DNA from: an uncultured Chloroflexia bacterium
GTDB lineage: Bacteria > Chloroflexota > Anaerolineae > CG2-30-64-16
Reading direction: 5' to 3'
Assembly: GCA_963810095.1 (NCBI GenBank)
Contig: CAWEMM010000014.1
Span: 256,001 to 320,000, forward strand
Length of the DNA: 64,000 bases
Part shown: positions 22,335 to 32,363 of the stretch, in pieces
How positions within the stretch are numbered: the stretch's first letter is position 1
Layout of the letters: each line of letters begins with the position of its first letter
The notes under the pieces: model-generated
What the model was told of the DNA's origin: nothing
Databases searched by the model: none
The model's input: the letters and a program-made list of their open reading frames with translations, nothing else
Made by a program: the position numbers and the translations under genes

Positions 22335-23459
22335 TCAGCGTGCCTCCATGTTCGCCGTTGCCACCAGCTTCGACGTGGCCGCGTCGAAGACATACATGCG
22401 GCAGTGTTCGAAGGTCAGCCACAACGGCAGGCCGACCGGCGCGCTGGACAAGCAATCGGAGATCAACTCGACCAGGTGCTCGCCAAACTGCGCCGTGACG
22501 ATGGGCGTATGGCCCGAGTGCTCGACCGCATAGACGCTTGCGGGGATCGAATGCGGCGCCTCGTTGAGATCGCAGGCGACGTCTGGCGGGCGGACGCCGA
22601 TGAGAACTTCCTGGCCCACGCCGCTGTCGACGAGCGCATCCTTCGTGCAGTCGTCGAGCGGAATGAGGTGGCCGGCCAGGTCGAACGCCATGTGGCCGTC
22701 TGTGGAGACAAGGCGGGCCGGCAAAACGTTCATCGTCTGGTCGCCGCCGAAGCGCGCCACGTCAACGGACACCGGGCGCTCGTACAGGTCGCGGGGCGAC
22801 CCGATTTGCTGCACCTTGCCGGCGAAGATGACGACGATCCGGTCGGCCATCGCCATCGCCTCGGTCTGCGCGGGGGTGGCGTAGATGGTCGTCGTGCCCC
22901 GGTCGTGCTGGATGCGCTTGAGCTCCGCGTACATGCGGTGGCGCAGCTTGGCGTCGAGGTGCGCGATCGGCTCGTCGAGCAGGGTGACGGCGGGCTCGCG
23001 GATCAGGCAGCGCCCCAGCGCCACGCGCTGCCGCTGTCCACCGCTCAGCTCGCGGGGCGTGCGCTTCAGCAGCATGTCGATCTGGAGCACCTGGCTGATT
23101 TCCTTCACCCGGCGCTCGATATCTTCCTTGCTGTACTGCCCGCGGCGGCTGGGCACGTTGAGCGGGAACGCCATGTTTTCAAAGACGGACATGTGCGGAT
23201 AGAGCGCGTAGTTCTCGAACGCCATGGACACATTGCGCTCGGCCGTGTCCACGTCGTTCATCGGGCGATCGTCGAAGCAGATCGTGCCGCCGTCGAGCGG
23301 TTCCAGCCCGGCTATCAGCTTGAGCGTGGTCGTCTTACCCGCACCGGCCGGCCCAAAAATCACGAGGAACTCGCCCTGGTTGGCCGTGATGCTCATGTCG
23401 GAGACCGCGGCGACCTTGCCGTAACGTTTTGTAACGCCATCGAGCGTGATTACAGCCAT
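22335..23459 (-). CDS. sugar ABC transporter ATP-binding protein
   Basis: [40 protein letters not shown]; H-loop reads YATPAQ. Confidence 0.93.
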   Translation of the reverse strand: MAVITLDGVTKRYGKVAAVSDMSITANQGEFLVIFGPAGAGKTTTLKLIAGLEPLDGGTICFDDRPMNDVDTAERNVSMAFENYALYPHMSVFENMAFPLNVPSRRGQYSKEDIERRVKEISQVLQIDMLLKRTPRELSGGQRQRVALGRCLIREPAVTLLDEPIAHLDAKLRHRMYAELKRIQHDRGTTTIYATPAQTEAMAMADRIVVIFAGKVQQIGSPRDLYERPVSVDVARFGGDQTMNVLPARLVSTDGHMAFDLAGHLIPLDDCTKDALVDSGVGQEVLIGVRPPDVACDLNEAPHSIPASVYAVEHSGHTPIVTAQFGEHLVELISDCLSSAPVGLPLWLTFEHCRMYVFDAATSKLVATANMEAR

Positions 23460-24588
23460 GTCTGTGCTCCTCCGCCGTCGCCTGATCGCGGCGCACTGAC
23501 GAGGTTTTGGCCGGTCTGTGCGTCGAAAAAGTGCAGGTGGTTGCCGAACTCCAGGAAGATAGGCTGCTTGGTAGCCGGGAAGAAGTCGGAGCCCGAGACT
23601 GCGAGCAGAACTTCGGAGCCCACCCGGGCCGTCACCACATTGTAATCTCCGTGCGGCTCGAGCCCGTACACTTCGGCCGCCACGCCTGCGCCGCCCGGCG
23701 CCCCCCGCGGGTTGACGTGCAGCGGCCGGACGCCCAGCGTCAGGTCCGTCTTGTTCGCCCGGTCGAGCGCGGCCACTGTCGCCGGGTTCTGAACCGGCAG
23801 GCAGAGTCCATTCGACTGGAACAACAGTTGGTCCTGCTCGCGGCGCACCTGGCCCTTGACGATGTTCATCGGCGGCTCGCCGATGAAGCCGGCGACGAAG
23901 AGGTTGGACGGGTGGTCGAACAGCTCTGCGGGCGTGCCCGCCTGCATGACGACGCCGAGGTCCATGACGACGATGCGGTCGGCCATCGCCATGGCCTCGA
24001 TCTGGTCGTGGGTCACATAGAGCATCGTGGTGCCCAGGCTGCTCTGGAGGTGCTTGATCTCCTTGCGCATGCGGCGGCGGAGCGTCTCGTCCAGGTGCGA
24101 GATGGGCTCGTCGAACAGGAACACGGCCGGCTCGCGCACGATGGCCCGCGCGAATCGAAACGCGTTGCTTCTGCCCGTCGCCCAACTCCGAGGGGTAGCG
24201 GTCGAGGATGCCTTGCAGGTCGACGACCTCGGACGCGTGCGCCACCCGCTGCTTGATCTGCTCATCCTTGATTTCGCGGACGCGCAGGGGGAAGGCGATG
24301 TTGTCGAAGACGGTCAGGTGGGGGTAGAGGCCATAGGACTCGTAGACCATGGCGATATCGCGCTCGGCGGGGCTTGAGGTCGTTGACCACCCGGTCGCCG
24401 ATGGTGATCTCGCCGGCCGTGATGTCCTCGAGCCCGGCGACCATGCGGAGGGAGGTCGTCTTGCCGCAGCCGGAAGGCCCGAGCAGCGCCAGGAACTCGT
24501 GATCCTTGACCACGAGGTTAAGGTCGCGGACGGCGATGACCTTCTTGTTGTAGATCTTCCAGATCTTGGAAAAGTTGATGGATGCCAC
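23450..24588 (-). CDS. sugar ABC transporter ATP-binding protein (frameshifts near 24160 and 24370)
   Basis: GPSGCGKTT, FLFDEP, YVTHDQIEAM, FVAGFIG.PPMN. Confidence 0.9.
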
Positions 24589-24604
24589 TGCCGCTCTCCT
24601 CCCG

Positions 24605-25534
24605 CTAACCCTTCACCGCACCCAGCGTCAGGCCGCGGACAAGATACTTCTGGATGGCGATCGCCAGGATCAGGACCGGCACCACCGTGAGCAGGACGGC
24701 GCCCGACATGGGCCCCCACATCATGCCCGTGAATGTCCGGTATAACGTCAGGCGCACGACGGCTGTCTGGTGCTCGCCGCTCGTCAGCAGGGAACTGAAG
24801 AGGTAGTTGTTCCAGCTGAAGATGAAGCACAAGAATCCGGTAGCGACCAGGCCCGGGCGGACGAGGGGCAGGATGATGCGCCAGAACGTCCAGGTGCCCG
24901 ACGCCCCGTCGACCTTCGCCGACTGCTCGATCTCGACCGGGATGTCTTTGAAGAACCCGAGCATGATCAGGACGACCAGCGGCAACGTGATGAGCTGGAG
25001 CACCAGCCACATGCCCCAATAGGTGTTGTAGAGGTGGATCTTGTTGTACAACACGAACAGGGGAATGATGATCAGCAGGGGCGGCATGAAGTACAGGCTG
25101 AGATAGAAGAAATGGATGTCGCCCTTCTGCTTGAAGTTGTACCGGGCCAACACGTAGGCCACCGGCGTGCCCAGCAGCAGCGCGATAAACACTGCCGGGA
25201 TGGTAACCAACAGGCTGTTGGTGATGGCCTGGATGAAGTCGACGCCCGTGAGGGAGGCCGGCCCGGCAAAGACTTCCTTCCAGTTGTCCATGGTCGTGAG
25301 GAAGCCAAACAGCTTGGGCGTCTTAGTGTAGATCTCGCTCTCAGCCTTGAACGCCAGCGTGAAGGTCCAGTAGATCGGCAGGAGCGAGAAGAGGCTGTAG
25401 GCGATCAAGGCGACATAGGTGAGGACCTTGCCGATGACCGCCGAGGCGCTGAACGCCGTCTTGTGGATCTGGAGCCCGGCAAGTTCCGCCTGGGACAACC
25501 CTTCGATATTACCGAGTCCTTCGATAACAGCCAT
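24605..25534 (-). CDS. carbohydrate ABC permease (MalG-like)
   Basis: EAA loop IPVEIEQSAKVDGAS; FIFSWN; YLVRGLTLGAVKG. Confidence 0.95.
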   Translation of the reverse strand: MAVIEGLGNIEGLSQAELAGLQIHKTAFSASAVIGKVLTYVALIAYSLFSLLPIYWTFTLAFKAESEIYTKTPKLFGFLTTMDNWKEVFAGPASLTGVDFIQAITNSLLVTIPAVFIALLLGTPVAYVLARYNFKQKGDIHFFYLSLYFMPPLLIIIPLFVLYNKIHLYNTYWGMWLVLQLITLPLVVLIMLGFFKDIPVEIEQSAKVDGASGTWTFWRIILPLVRPGLVATGFLCFIFSWNNYLFSSLLTSGEHQTAVVRLTLYRTFTGMMWGPMSGAVLLTVVPVLILAIAIQKYLVRGLTLGAVKG

Positions 25535-25544
25535 GTCGAACTCC

Positions 25545-26423
25545 TTACGCCCAGCTTCGCGAGACGCGGTTGAACAGCTTCTTCGAAATGATCAAGACCA
25601 CGAAGAAGAGGAACACGCAGTAGGCGCCGGCCTGGCCGAGCAGCATGTTGCGGTAACCCGTGATCGAGGCTTGCAAGCTGAGCGTCGTCGTTACATCACC
25701 CGGTCCACCGCGGGTCGCCACCTGGATCACCTCATATCCGTTGAGGGCCAGCACCAGGCGGAACAGCAGCACGAGGAAGATGGTGGGCATGAGCTGGGGC
25801 AGCGTGACCATGCGGAAGGTTTTCCAGCTGCTCGCACCGTCGACCTCGGCCACCTCGTACTGGAGGCGCGGGATGGATTGCAGGCCGGCGAGCAGGATCA
25901 GCGCCACGAACGGGGTGAAGTGGTAAACGTCGATGGCGACTACCGAATAGAGCGCGATGCCTGAGTCGGAGAGCCATGCAGGCGCGTTAATGCCGATGCC
26001 GCGCAAGGCGTAGTTGACCCAACCGAGGCTGGGGTCGAGCAGCGATTGCCACATGAGCGCGCCGGTTGCGGGCGGCAGCATCAGCGGCAGGAGGATCAGA
26101 ATCCGGAACAGCCAGCGCCCCCTGATCGGCTTGTTCATGAGGAGCGCAAGGCCAAACCCGAGCAACATCTCGATGCCCACCGCGAGGACGACGTATTGCA
26201 GGCTGACCCAGGCGGCGTGCCAGAAGACCCTGCTCGTGAACATCTTGATGTAGTTGTCAAACCAGATGAATTTGGAGGCGGATCCATTGAGGAGGGTGTT
26301 CGTCAGGCTGGTGTAAAAGGCGTAAAGAATGGGGTAGATGGCGATGAACATCACCAGGATAATGCTGGGCAGGGCCAGGAGCACCGGGGCCCGCGCCTTC
26401 ATGCGCTTCATTGAGATACTCAT
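25545..26423 (-). CDS. carbohydrate ABC permease (MalF-like)
   Basis: TPFVALILLAGLQSIP..YEVAEVDGASSW; TRGGPG; start MSISMK after GGAG. Confidence 0.95.
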   Translation of the reverse strand: MSISMKRMKARAPVLLALPSIILVMFIAIYPILYAFYTSLTNTLLNGSASKFIWFDNYIKMFTSRVFWHAAWVSLQYVVLAVGIEMLLGFGLALLMNKPIRGRWLFRILILLPLMLPPATGALMWQSLLDPSLGWVNYALRGIGINAPAWLSDSGIALYSVVAIDVYHFTPFVALILLAGLQSIPRLQYEVAEVDGASSWKTFRMVTLPQLMPTIFLVLLFRLVLALNGYEVIQVATRGGPGDVTTTLSLQASITGYRNMLLGQAGAYCVFLFFVVLIISKKLFNRVSRSWA

Positions 26424-26583
26424 GCTCGCTCTCCATCGTACGGGCGACTGTGCCAGCGCCGCTGGCCGAGACTGGACTATTCCACCCCCTGGTCCCACGA
26501 TTCGATCACACCGCGCCGGCGGCGGCCTGGTTCTGCCCACCGGGCAGCCGCCAGCGCAGCATGATAGAGACAGGAGGAGCCTG

Positions 26584-28107
26584 TTACTTGTTCTTCTGTG
26601 CGGCTAGCTTCTCGTAGAAGCCGGCGTCCTTCAGGATTTTCTCGGACTCGACCACGGCGGCGTCAAGCGCCTCTTTCGCGGTCTTGTCGCCCTGGACGAC
26701 CTGCTGGATGGCGACGACCCACGGCCCGGTCATGGCGACCATCTGCGGGCTGACCGTGTAGAAGTTGCCCCAGTACTGGCGGGATTTGTCCACGGCGTCG
26801 CGGTAGTTGCCCCAGTCCTTCGTGATGTTCATGATGCCTTCGCCTTCCCAGGTGGACTTGCGCACCGGGATCATGGCGTGCTGGCATGCGCTCACGACCT
26901 TCATGACTGGCTTGCTGGTGGCCCACTGCAGGAACAGCCAGGCCGCGTCCGGGTGGACGGCCTTCTTGTTGACCGACCAGGCCCAGTACCACACGGGGAT
27001 GCGGACGTCGCCGGTGGGGCCGGCAGGGGGGTTACCGTAGATCATCTTGCCCGCGACCTTCGACTTCGCGGGATTCTCGTAGGTGTCTGCGAAGGCCATG
27101 TCGTCGATGGTGCAGCCCACCTGGCCCGAAGCCATGTTGGCCACGACCATGTCCCAGCCGATCTGGGTCTGGCCGGGAGGTCCGAACTTGCGCAGGGTGT
27201 CGCCGTAGAGCTGCGTGTATTTCACGCAATCCGGGCAGTTGTAGACCGGTTTGCCGTTCTCGTCGAGGTCGGTCTTCGAGTTGGCGAAGAAGCCGGGGGC
27301 ATAACCGTACATCAGGCTGTAGTCGCGCGCGCCGCGCTGCACCACGCCGTACTCACCGTTAGCCGTCATCTTCTCAGCCGCGGCGGCCCACTCGTCCCAG
27401 GTCTTGGGCGGCCCGCTCAGGCCGGCCTTGGCGAGCTTGTCCTTGTTGCAGATCAGCATGAGCGGTTCGGAGTTGACCGGGATCGCGTTCTGCTGGCCCT
27501 TGCCATAGGTGCCAATGCCATACTGGCCGTTCCAGGCGTGGGCATCCCAGTCGGCAGGGAAGAAATCCTTGACGTCGTACCATGCAAGGTCGGTGAGCTT
27601 GGGATCGTTGAGGAACTTGTTGAGGTCCTCGGTCCAGCCGGCTTCCGAATAGGCCCATTCGAACTCGGTGCCGTTCTGGATCAAGTCATAGAAGCCGGTG
27701 CCGCCCTGGAGGTCGGCCGCCGTCTTGGTCCAGAACTCTTCCACGGGCAGGATGTCGTAGACGACGTTGATGCCCGTCAGCTCGGTGAACATCGGGACGT
27801 AGGGCCGCAAGGCGTTGATGTAGGGGTGCGACAGCGCGGCAACGTGGATGGTGATGGGGCCCCCGTTCGCTGTGACGGGCGCTTTCCAGTCGATCTTGGC
27901 GTTAGTGAAGTCTTCCATCTTGAGGTCGCCGCACGCGTTGGCGGCTGCTGCGGCTGCAGGCGCCGCGGTCGCGGCCGGGGCGGCCGCTTCCTGTTTGGCA
28001 GGAGCTTGAGTGGCGGCAGGGGCTGGTGCTGGCGCCGGTTGGGCACAGGCGCTGAGTATGAGCACCAGCGTTAGAAGCACAAAGAACGTTCGCTTCGCCG
28101 GGAACAT
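26584..28107 (-). CDS. sugar ABC substrate-binding lipoprotein
   Basis: Lipobox LSAC, Ala/Pro linker, FTELTGINV, PPKTWDEW, AAWLFLQW. Confidence 0.95.
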   Translation of the reverse strand: MFPAKRTFFVLLTLVLILSACAQPAPAPAPAATQAPAKQEAAAPAATAAPAAAAAANACGDLKMEDFTNAKIDWKAPVTANGGPITIHVAALSHPYINALRPYVPMFTELTGINVVYDILPVEEFWTKTAADLQGGTGFYDLIQNGTEFEWAYSEAGWTEDLNKFLNDPKLTDLAWYDVKDFFPADWDAHAWNGQYGIGTYGKGQQNAIPVNSEPLMLICNKDKLAKAGLSGPPKTWDEWAAAAEKMTANGEYGVVQRGARDYSLMYGYAPGFFANSKTDLDENGKPVYNCPDCVKYTQLYGDTLRKFGPPGQTQIGWDMVVANMASGQVGCTIDDMAFADTYENPAKSKVAGKMIYGNPPAGPTGDVRIPVWYWAWSVNKKAVHPDAAWLFLQWATSKPVMKVVSACQHAMIPVRKSTWEGEGIMNITKDWGNYRDAVDKSRQYWGNFYTVSPQMVAMTGPWVVAIQQVVQGDKTAKEALDAAVVESEKILKDAGFYEKLAAQKNK

Positions 28108-28365
28108 GGCACTCTCCTTGGCTGTTAGTGGGAATTCGACGTTGGATTCTGCGGCGCGACGTGGCCGGAACTATGCAGTTCCTTCTCCTCCCAATTTACC
28201 TCCTTCTGCGAGGGCGGCTCGCACTCTGGGGCTGGACCCCACAGGCACAATCGGGTTGTTTAGAAGATGAACACGTGAAATCCGGTACAGGTTGGAGGCG
28301 CAACCACTCAGCGACACGGGGGTCAGCCAAAAACAAATGCTCTATATTCGATCAGATGTTTGCCG

Positions 28366-28394
28366 AGTATAGCACGGCCGAAAGGGTTTGTCAA
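28366..28394 (-). promoter_or_regulatory. sigma70-type promoter of the sugar operon
   Basis: TTGACA-17 nt-TATACT on minus strand. Confidence 0.8.
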
Positions 28395-28563
28395 CAGGCA
28401 ATTTTTGCGGCGTTGCAATACAAGATTTCGCTTAGCGACGCTCGCCGCAGGCAGGAGACGGCAATTATGTCGGCACCACTGCTTGCGAGCCGAGGGTCCG
28501 GAGTCGTACAATTGCGTAGGTCGCCCACGCTCACGCCAGCGTCCCCTCCGCAGAAACAGCCCA

Positions 28564-28592
28564 TTGACAGGCAGGAGGCGAGGTGATACACT
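28564..28592 (+). promoter_or_regulatory. sigma70-type promoter of divergent UroD-fold gene
   Basis: TTGACA-17 nt-TACACT. Confidence 0.75.
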
Positions 28593-28632
28593 CCGCATTG
28601 TATACGTGAGCAAATGTACGAGGATCAAACAG

Positions 28633-29751
28633 ATGTTACCACGCGACCGGGTGTGCGCAGCCCTGGAGCACCGTGAGCCGGACCGCGTGCCGCTGAGCCT
28701 CGGCGGCACCGCGCACAAGCTGTCCGACTCGCGGCATGACCTCCTTAAAGAGCATTTCGGCATTACGGGCGACTCGCCGCAGCGCCTCACCGGCGCCTAC
28801 CTGAGCTACGCCGACAACCGGCTGCTCGACGCACTGGGCACGGACATCCGCCAGGTCCACCTGCGGCCGCCCCAGGGTTACCGCGAGAACATGAGGCCCG
28901 ATGGTAGTTGGGTGGACGAGTGGGGCCTCACCCACCGCGTGCTGCCGAGCGGGTTCTACGAATTGGGCGGCACGCCGCTGGCAGAGGCCGGCCGCGACGA
29001 CCTGGATCGCTACCCCTGGCCCGACCCGTGCGATCCGGCCCGCCTTATCGGGCTGCGCGAAGAAGTTGAGACGTTGGCGCACGAGAGCCCCTATGCCATC
29101 GCCGCCTACCGGCCCACCATTTCTGGTATTTTCGAGATGGCGCAGCAGCTGCGGGGCATGGAAAGACTCCTCACCGACCTCGTGCTCGACCGGGGCTTTG
29201 TGGACGGCCTGTTTGCGAAGCTCGCAGAGGTCCAGGCGGAATTCTACCGCGCATATCTCGGGGTGGTGGGGCCCTACGTGCAGATCGTCGAGCTGGCCGA
29301 CGACCTGGGCAGCCAGAGCGGCCCCCTCATCGCCCCCCGCCTGTACCGGGCGCTGCTGCAGGATAAGCACGCCTACCTCGTGCGGACGATCAAGCGGATC
29401 GCACCGCAGGCGAAGGTGATGCTCCACAGCTGCGGCTCGGTGCGGGCGTTCATTCCCGACTTCATTGCTGCCGGGATCGATATCCTGAACCCCGTCCAGC
29501 CGCGGGCCAAAGGCATGGATCCGGCCCTGTTGAAAGCAGAGTTCGGCCGCGAGATCGCGTTCCTCGGCGGCGTCGACGTCCAGCAGACCATGCGTGGCCC
29601 TGTCGAGGGGGTGCGCGACGAGGTGCGCCGGCGCATCGAGGAATTGGGGCCGGACGGGGGGTTTATCCTCGCGCCTTCACATAACTTCGGGGACGATGTG
29701 CCGCTCGAAAATATCCTGGCGTTTTTCGAGGCCGCGCATCAGTACGGGTAA
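28633..29751 (+). CDS. UroD/MtaA-CmuA fold protein, paralogue 5
   Basis: MLPRDRV..EPDRVP, DEWG, ADDLGSQ, LHSCG, GGFILAPSHN; visibly closest to paralogue 4. Confidence 0.92.
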   Translation: MLPRDRVCAALEHREPDRVPLSLGGTAHKLSDSRHDLLKEHFGITGDSPQRLTGAYLSYADNRLLDALGTDIRQVHLRPPQGYRENMRPDGSWVDEWGLTHRVLPSGFYELGGTPLAEAGRDDLDRYPWPDPCDPARLIGLREEVETLAHESPYAIAAYRPTISGIFEMAQQLRGMERLLTDLVLDRGFVDGLFAKLAEVQAEFYRAYLGVVGPYVQIVELADDLGSQSGPLIAPRLYRALLQDKHAYLVRTIKRIAPQAKVMLHSCGSVRAFIPDFIAAGIDILNPVQPRAKGMDPALLKAEFGREIAFLGGVDVQQTMRGPVEGVRDEVRRRIEELGPDGGFILAPSHNFGDDVPLENILAFFEAAHQYG

Positions 29752-29778
29752 GGGCCTGTCGGTCTGCCGCCGGCGCGG

Positions 29779-29948
29779 CTGATTCTGACGGGTCGCATCC
29801 TTCGACTGCGGCACGCCAGCTGCGCTGGCGCCTCCGCTCAGGATGCTACAGGCGCAGGCAGCCTGAGCGGAGGGCGGTCCGCAGGAGCGCCCGCAGTCGA
29901 AGGGTGCCGAGCGTCATGGTTCAACAGATTCACTGTGGTTGTACTTAG
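29779..29948. repeat. 170-bp composite element containing a GCATCC REP-like doublet (copy 1)
   Basis: Units 29795-29846 and inverted 29858-29907; flanks CTGATTCTG.CGGGTC and CGAGCGTCATGGTTCAACAGAT...CTTAG shared with 52857-53028. Confidence 0.9.
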
Positions 29949-29964
29949 CGCCGGCGGGGCAAAA

Positions 29965-30067
29965 TGGGAAGCAGATTCAACTGATGCAACTGATTGACAT
30001 GATCTTCGCTTAAGCGGACTGCCAAACGATCAGGGTGATCCTGCCAATCAGTTCAATCAGCGTCCCA
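29965..30067. repeat. palindrome with 9-nt periodic GAT/ATC arms
   Basis: GCAGATTCA-ACTGATGCA-ACTGATTGA ... AATCAGTTC-AATCAGCGTCCCA; same family as 47769-47856. Confidence 0.8.
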
Positions 30068-30257
30068 CCGGCGGGCGGGCGTCCGTCTCAATGGTCGCTT
30101 CAATCGCGCGCCGGATTCCCTGTGCGCGCTCCTTCGTCTCCCGCGCGCGCTCCAGGTACGCGTCGGCCACCCCATTCTGCCCGTGCTCGGCCAGGTGATG
30201 GCCCATGTGTTCAAGCAGGCTGGCGTTTTCCTCCATCCCGCGCATCGATGCCGTCAC
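30057..30257 (-). CDS. small helical protein resembling the C-terminal tail of some CheB methylesterases
   Basis: AGGAGG then GTG; ASMRGMEENASLLEHMGHHL...YLERARETKERAQGIRRAI. Confidence 0.55.
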   Translation of the reverse strand: MTASMRGMEENASLLEHMGHHLAEHGQNGVADAYLERARETKERAQGIRRAIEATIETDARPPVGR

Positions 30258-30271
30258 GGCGTCGCCTCCTC

Positions 30272-32313
30272 TCAGTTGACCCCGCCCGCAGGCAACTTCG
30301 ACGCGCTCGCTGCGGGCGGCATCACTGGTATCCGCGCCCGCACCACGGCGCCCTCGCCCGGCGCGTCTACGACTTCGACGCTGCCCGCGCAGGCCGCGGC
30401 CCGTTCGCGCATGGACCTTAGCCCCATCGTCATCATCCCCTCGGCCTCGGGCGCAAAGCCTCTGCCATTGTCGCGCACTTCCATGTGCAGCGCGTCGTCC
30501 GCGCGGTCCAACTGCAACCACAGCTCGGTCGCGCCCGCGTGGCGCACCACGTTCTGCAGCGCCTCGCGCGCGATGCCGTACATCGCCTCCTTCGCCTCGA
30601 TCGCAGCCTCCGGCTCGTTGCCGATGACCGCATGGATCCGAATGTCGTTGCGGGCCGCAATGGCGTCCAGTTGATGGCGCAGCGCCAGCACCAACCCATC
30701 GCGGCGGATGCCCTCGGCCTGCAGGTCGAAGATGAGCGTCTTCATCTCGGTCAGCCCCGCGCCCGCCAATTCGACGATGTGGTCGATCCTGTGCCCCACG
30801 AGCGCCTGCCCGGGGGCAAGCTGCGCCTTCGCCGAGTGCGAGGCGAGCCCGATGCTGTAAAAGGTCTGCGCAACGGAGTCGTGTAGCTCGCGTGCCAGCC
30901 GCTGCCGCTCTTCGACCGCGGCCACACGCTGCACCTGGCTGAAGAGCCGCGCGTTAACGACCGCCGTCGCAGCCTGGCTGGCGAGCGTCAGCACCAGGTC
31001 CACATGCTCCTGGGCGAAATGCCCCGGCTCCCTATGATCGAGCCGCAGCACCCCGACCGGCTGGCCTTGCGCCAGCATGGGCGCGGCCAGCCAGGAGCGC
31101 GACGCCCCCAGCAGGTAGCGTTGGAAGCTCCCCGCGCGCTTGTGCCATTCCCGTGTCAGCGGCGTGTTGGCGTTCATGTCTGCGATGATGAGGGGCGCCT
31201 TGCTCTGAATCACCATCTTGAGCAGGGGCGATTCGTCGAGGGTGGCCTGTGACTGGACAAGCTCCTTCCGGTCGGGGGGACCGTCATACGCGGCCAGCGT
31301 GAGCACCTTGCCGTCGAGGAGGAAGATGCCGCACCCGTGGTATTCGACGATCCGCGCCAGCTCTCGCACGATGATCGACAGCACCTCGCCAATATCGAGC
31401 GTGGAGCCGAGCTCGCGCGCGACGACCAACAGCGCGGCGAGCGCGGCTGTGCGCTCGGCCACCCGGTGCTCCAGCCATTCCTCGCGCTCGCGCAGCCCGG
31501 CCTCGGCCTCGCGGCGACGGCCGATCTCTTCGACCAGCAGGCGGTTGCTCTCTGCCAACTGCTTGGTGCGGCGCTCGACCTGCTCCTCCAACTCCTCGTT
31601 CACCCGCTGCAGCGTGAGCTCCGCGCGCTTCTGGGTGTCGATGTTGTTGATTGCGACCTGCCAGACGAGTGCGCCCTCCGTCAGGTCGTGCCGCGTAATG
31701 ACTTCGAGCCGGGCCCAAAACGGCCGGCCGGCCGGGTCCTGGCCCTGCGCTGGCTGCAGGACGAACTCCGCGCTCTCGCTCAGGCCCGCGACGACGAGAC
31801 GCCGCCGCATGGCCTGATAACGGGCCAAGTCTTCGCGGCCGACGAAGGCGCTCAGGGGCCTGCCAGGCAGCAGGTGACGCTGGACGCCGAGGAGGTGCGC
31901 AGCGACCACGTTCGCGCGCGTGATGATGCCATTGAGGTTGACCGAGAGGTAGCCGACGGGGGCATGTTCGTACAGGTCCGCATAGCGCTCGAAGCTGCCT
32001 GCCAGGTCCACCTGGGCGCGGCGCAGCTCCTCGTTCTGCATTTCCAGCTCGATCTGGTGCACGTGCAGCTCGTGGAGGAGCTGCTTGGCCTCCAGCTCGC
32101 TCATCGCACCGGCCGCGGCGTCCTCCCGTGCGAGCACGGCCTCGGCCCGCTCGCGCAGCGGCGGCGGTGCGAGTGCCCTCCGCCACTCGCGAGCGTGGCG
32201 CGGCCGCCTAAGTGAGCGTCGGCCGGCGGCTTTTCTTCGGGTGCAAACCGGGCCTCATCGCCCCGATCGGGCTGCTCCGGTTCTTCCGGCTGTCCTTCCA
32301 GATGCTTCCCCAT
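30272..32313 (-). CDS. cytoplasmic PAS-GAF histidine kinase, HisKA_3 type (frameshift near 32200)
   Basis: LLHELHVHQIELEMQNEELRR, PAS (YEHAPVGY), GAF, EERQRLARELHDSVAQ, EALQNVVRHA, DNGRGF. Confidence 0.92.
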
Positions 32314-32363
32314 TACGCCTCACTCCCCCTCACGCCCATTCCAACGAATTGGTATCCACCGGT

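Noticed and set aside
11804-29751. Haem biosynthesis cluster (hemE)
   Set aside because: No RQAGR motif, HxC/HxD metal-type motifs present, no other hem genes, sugar context
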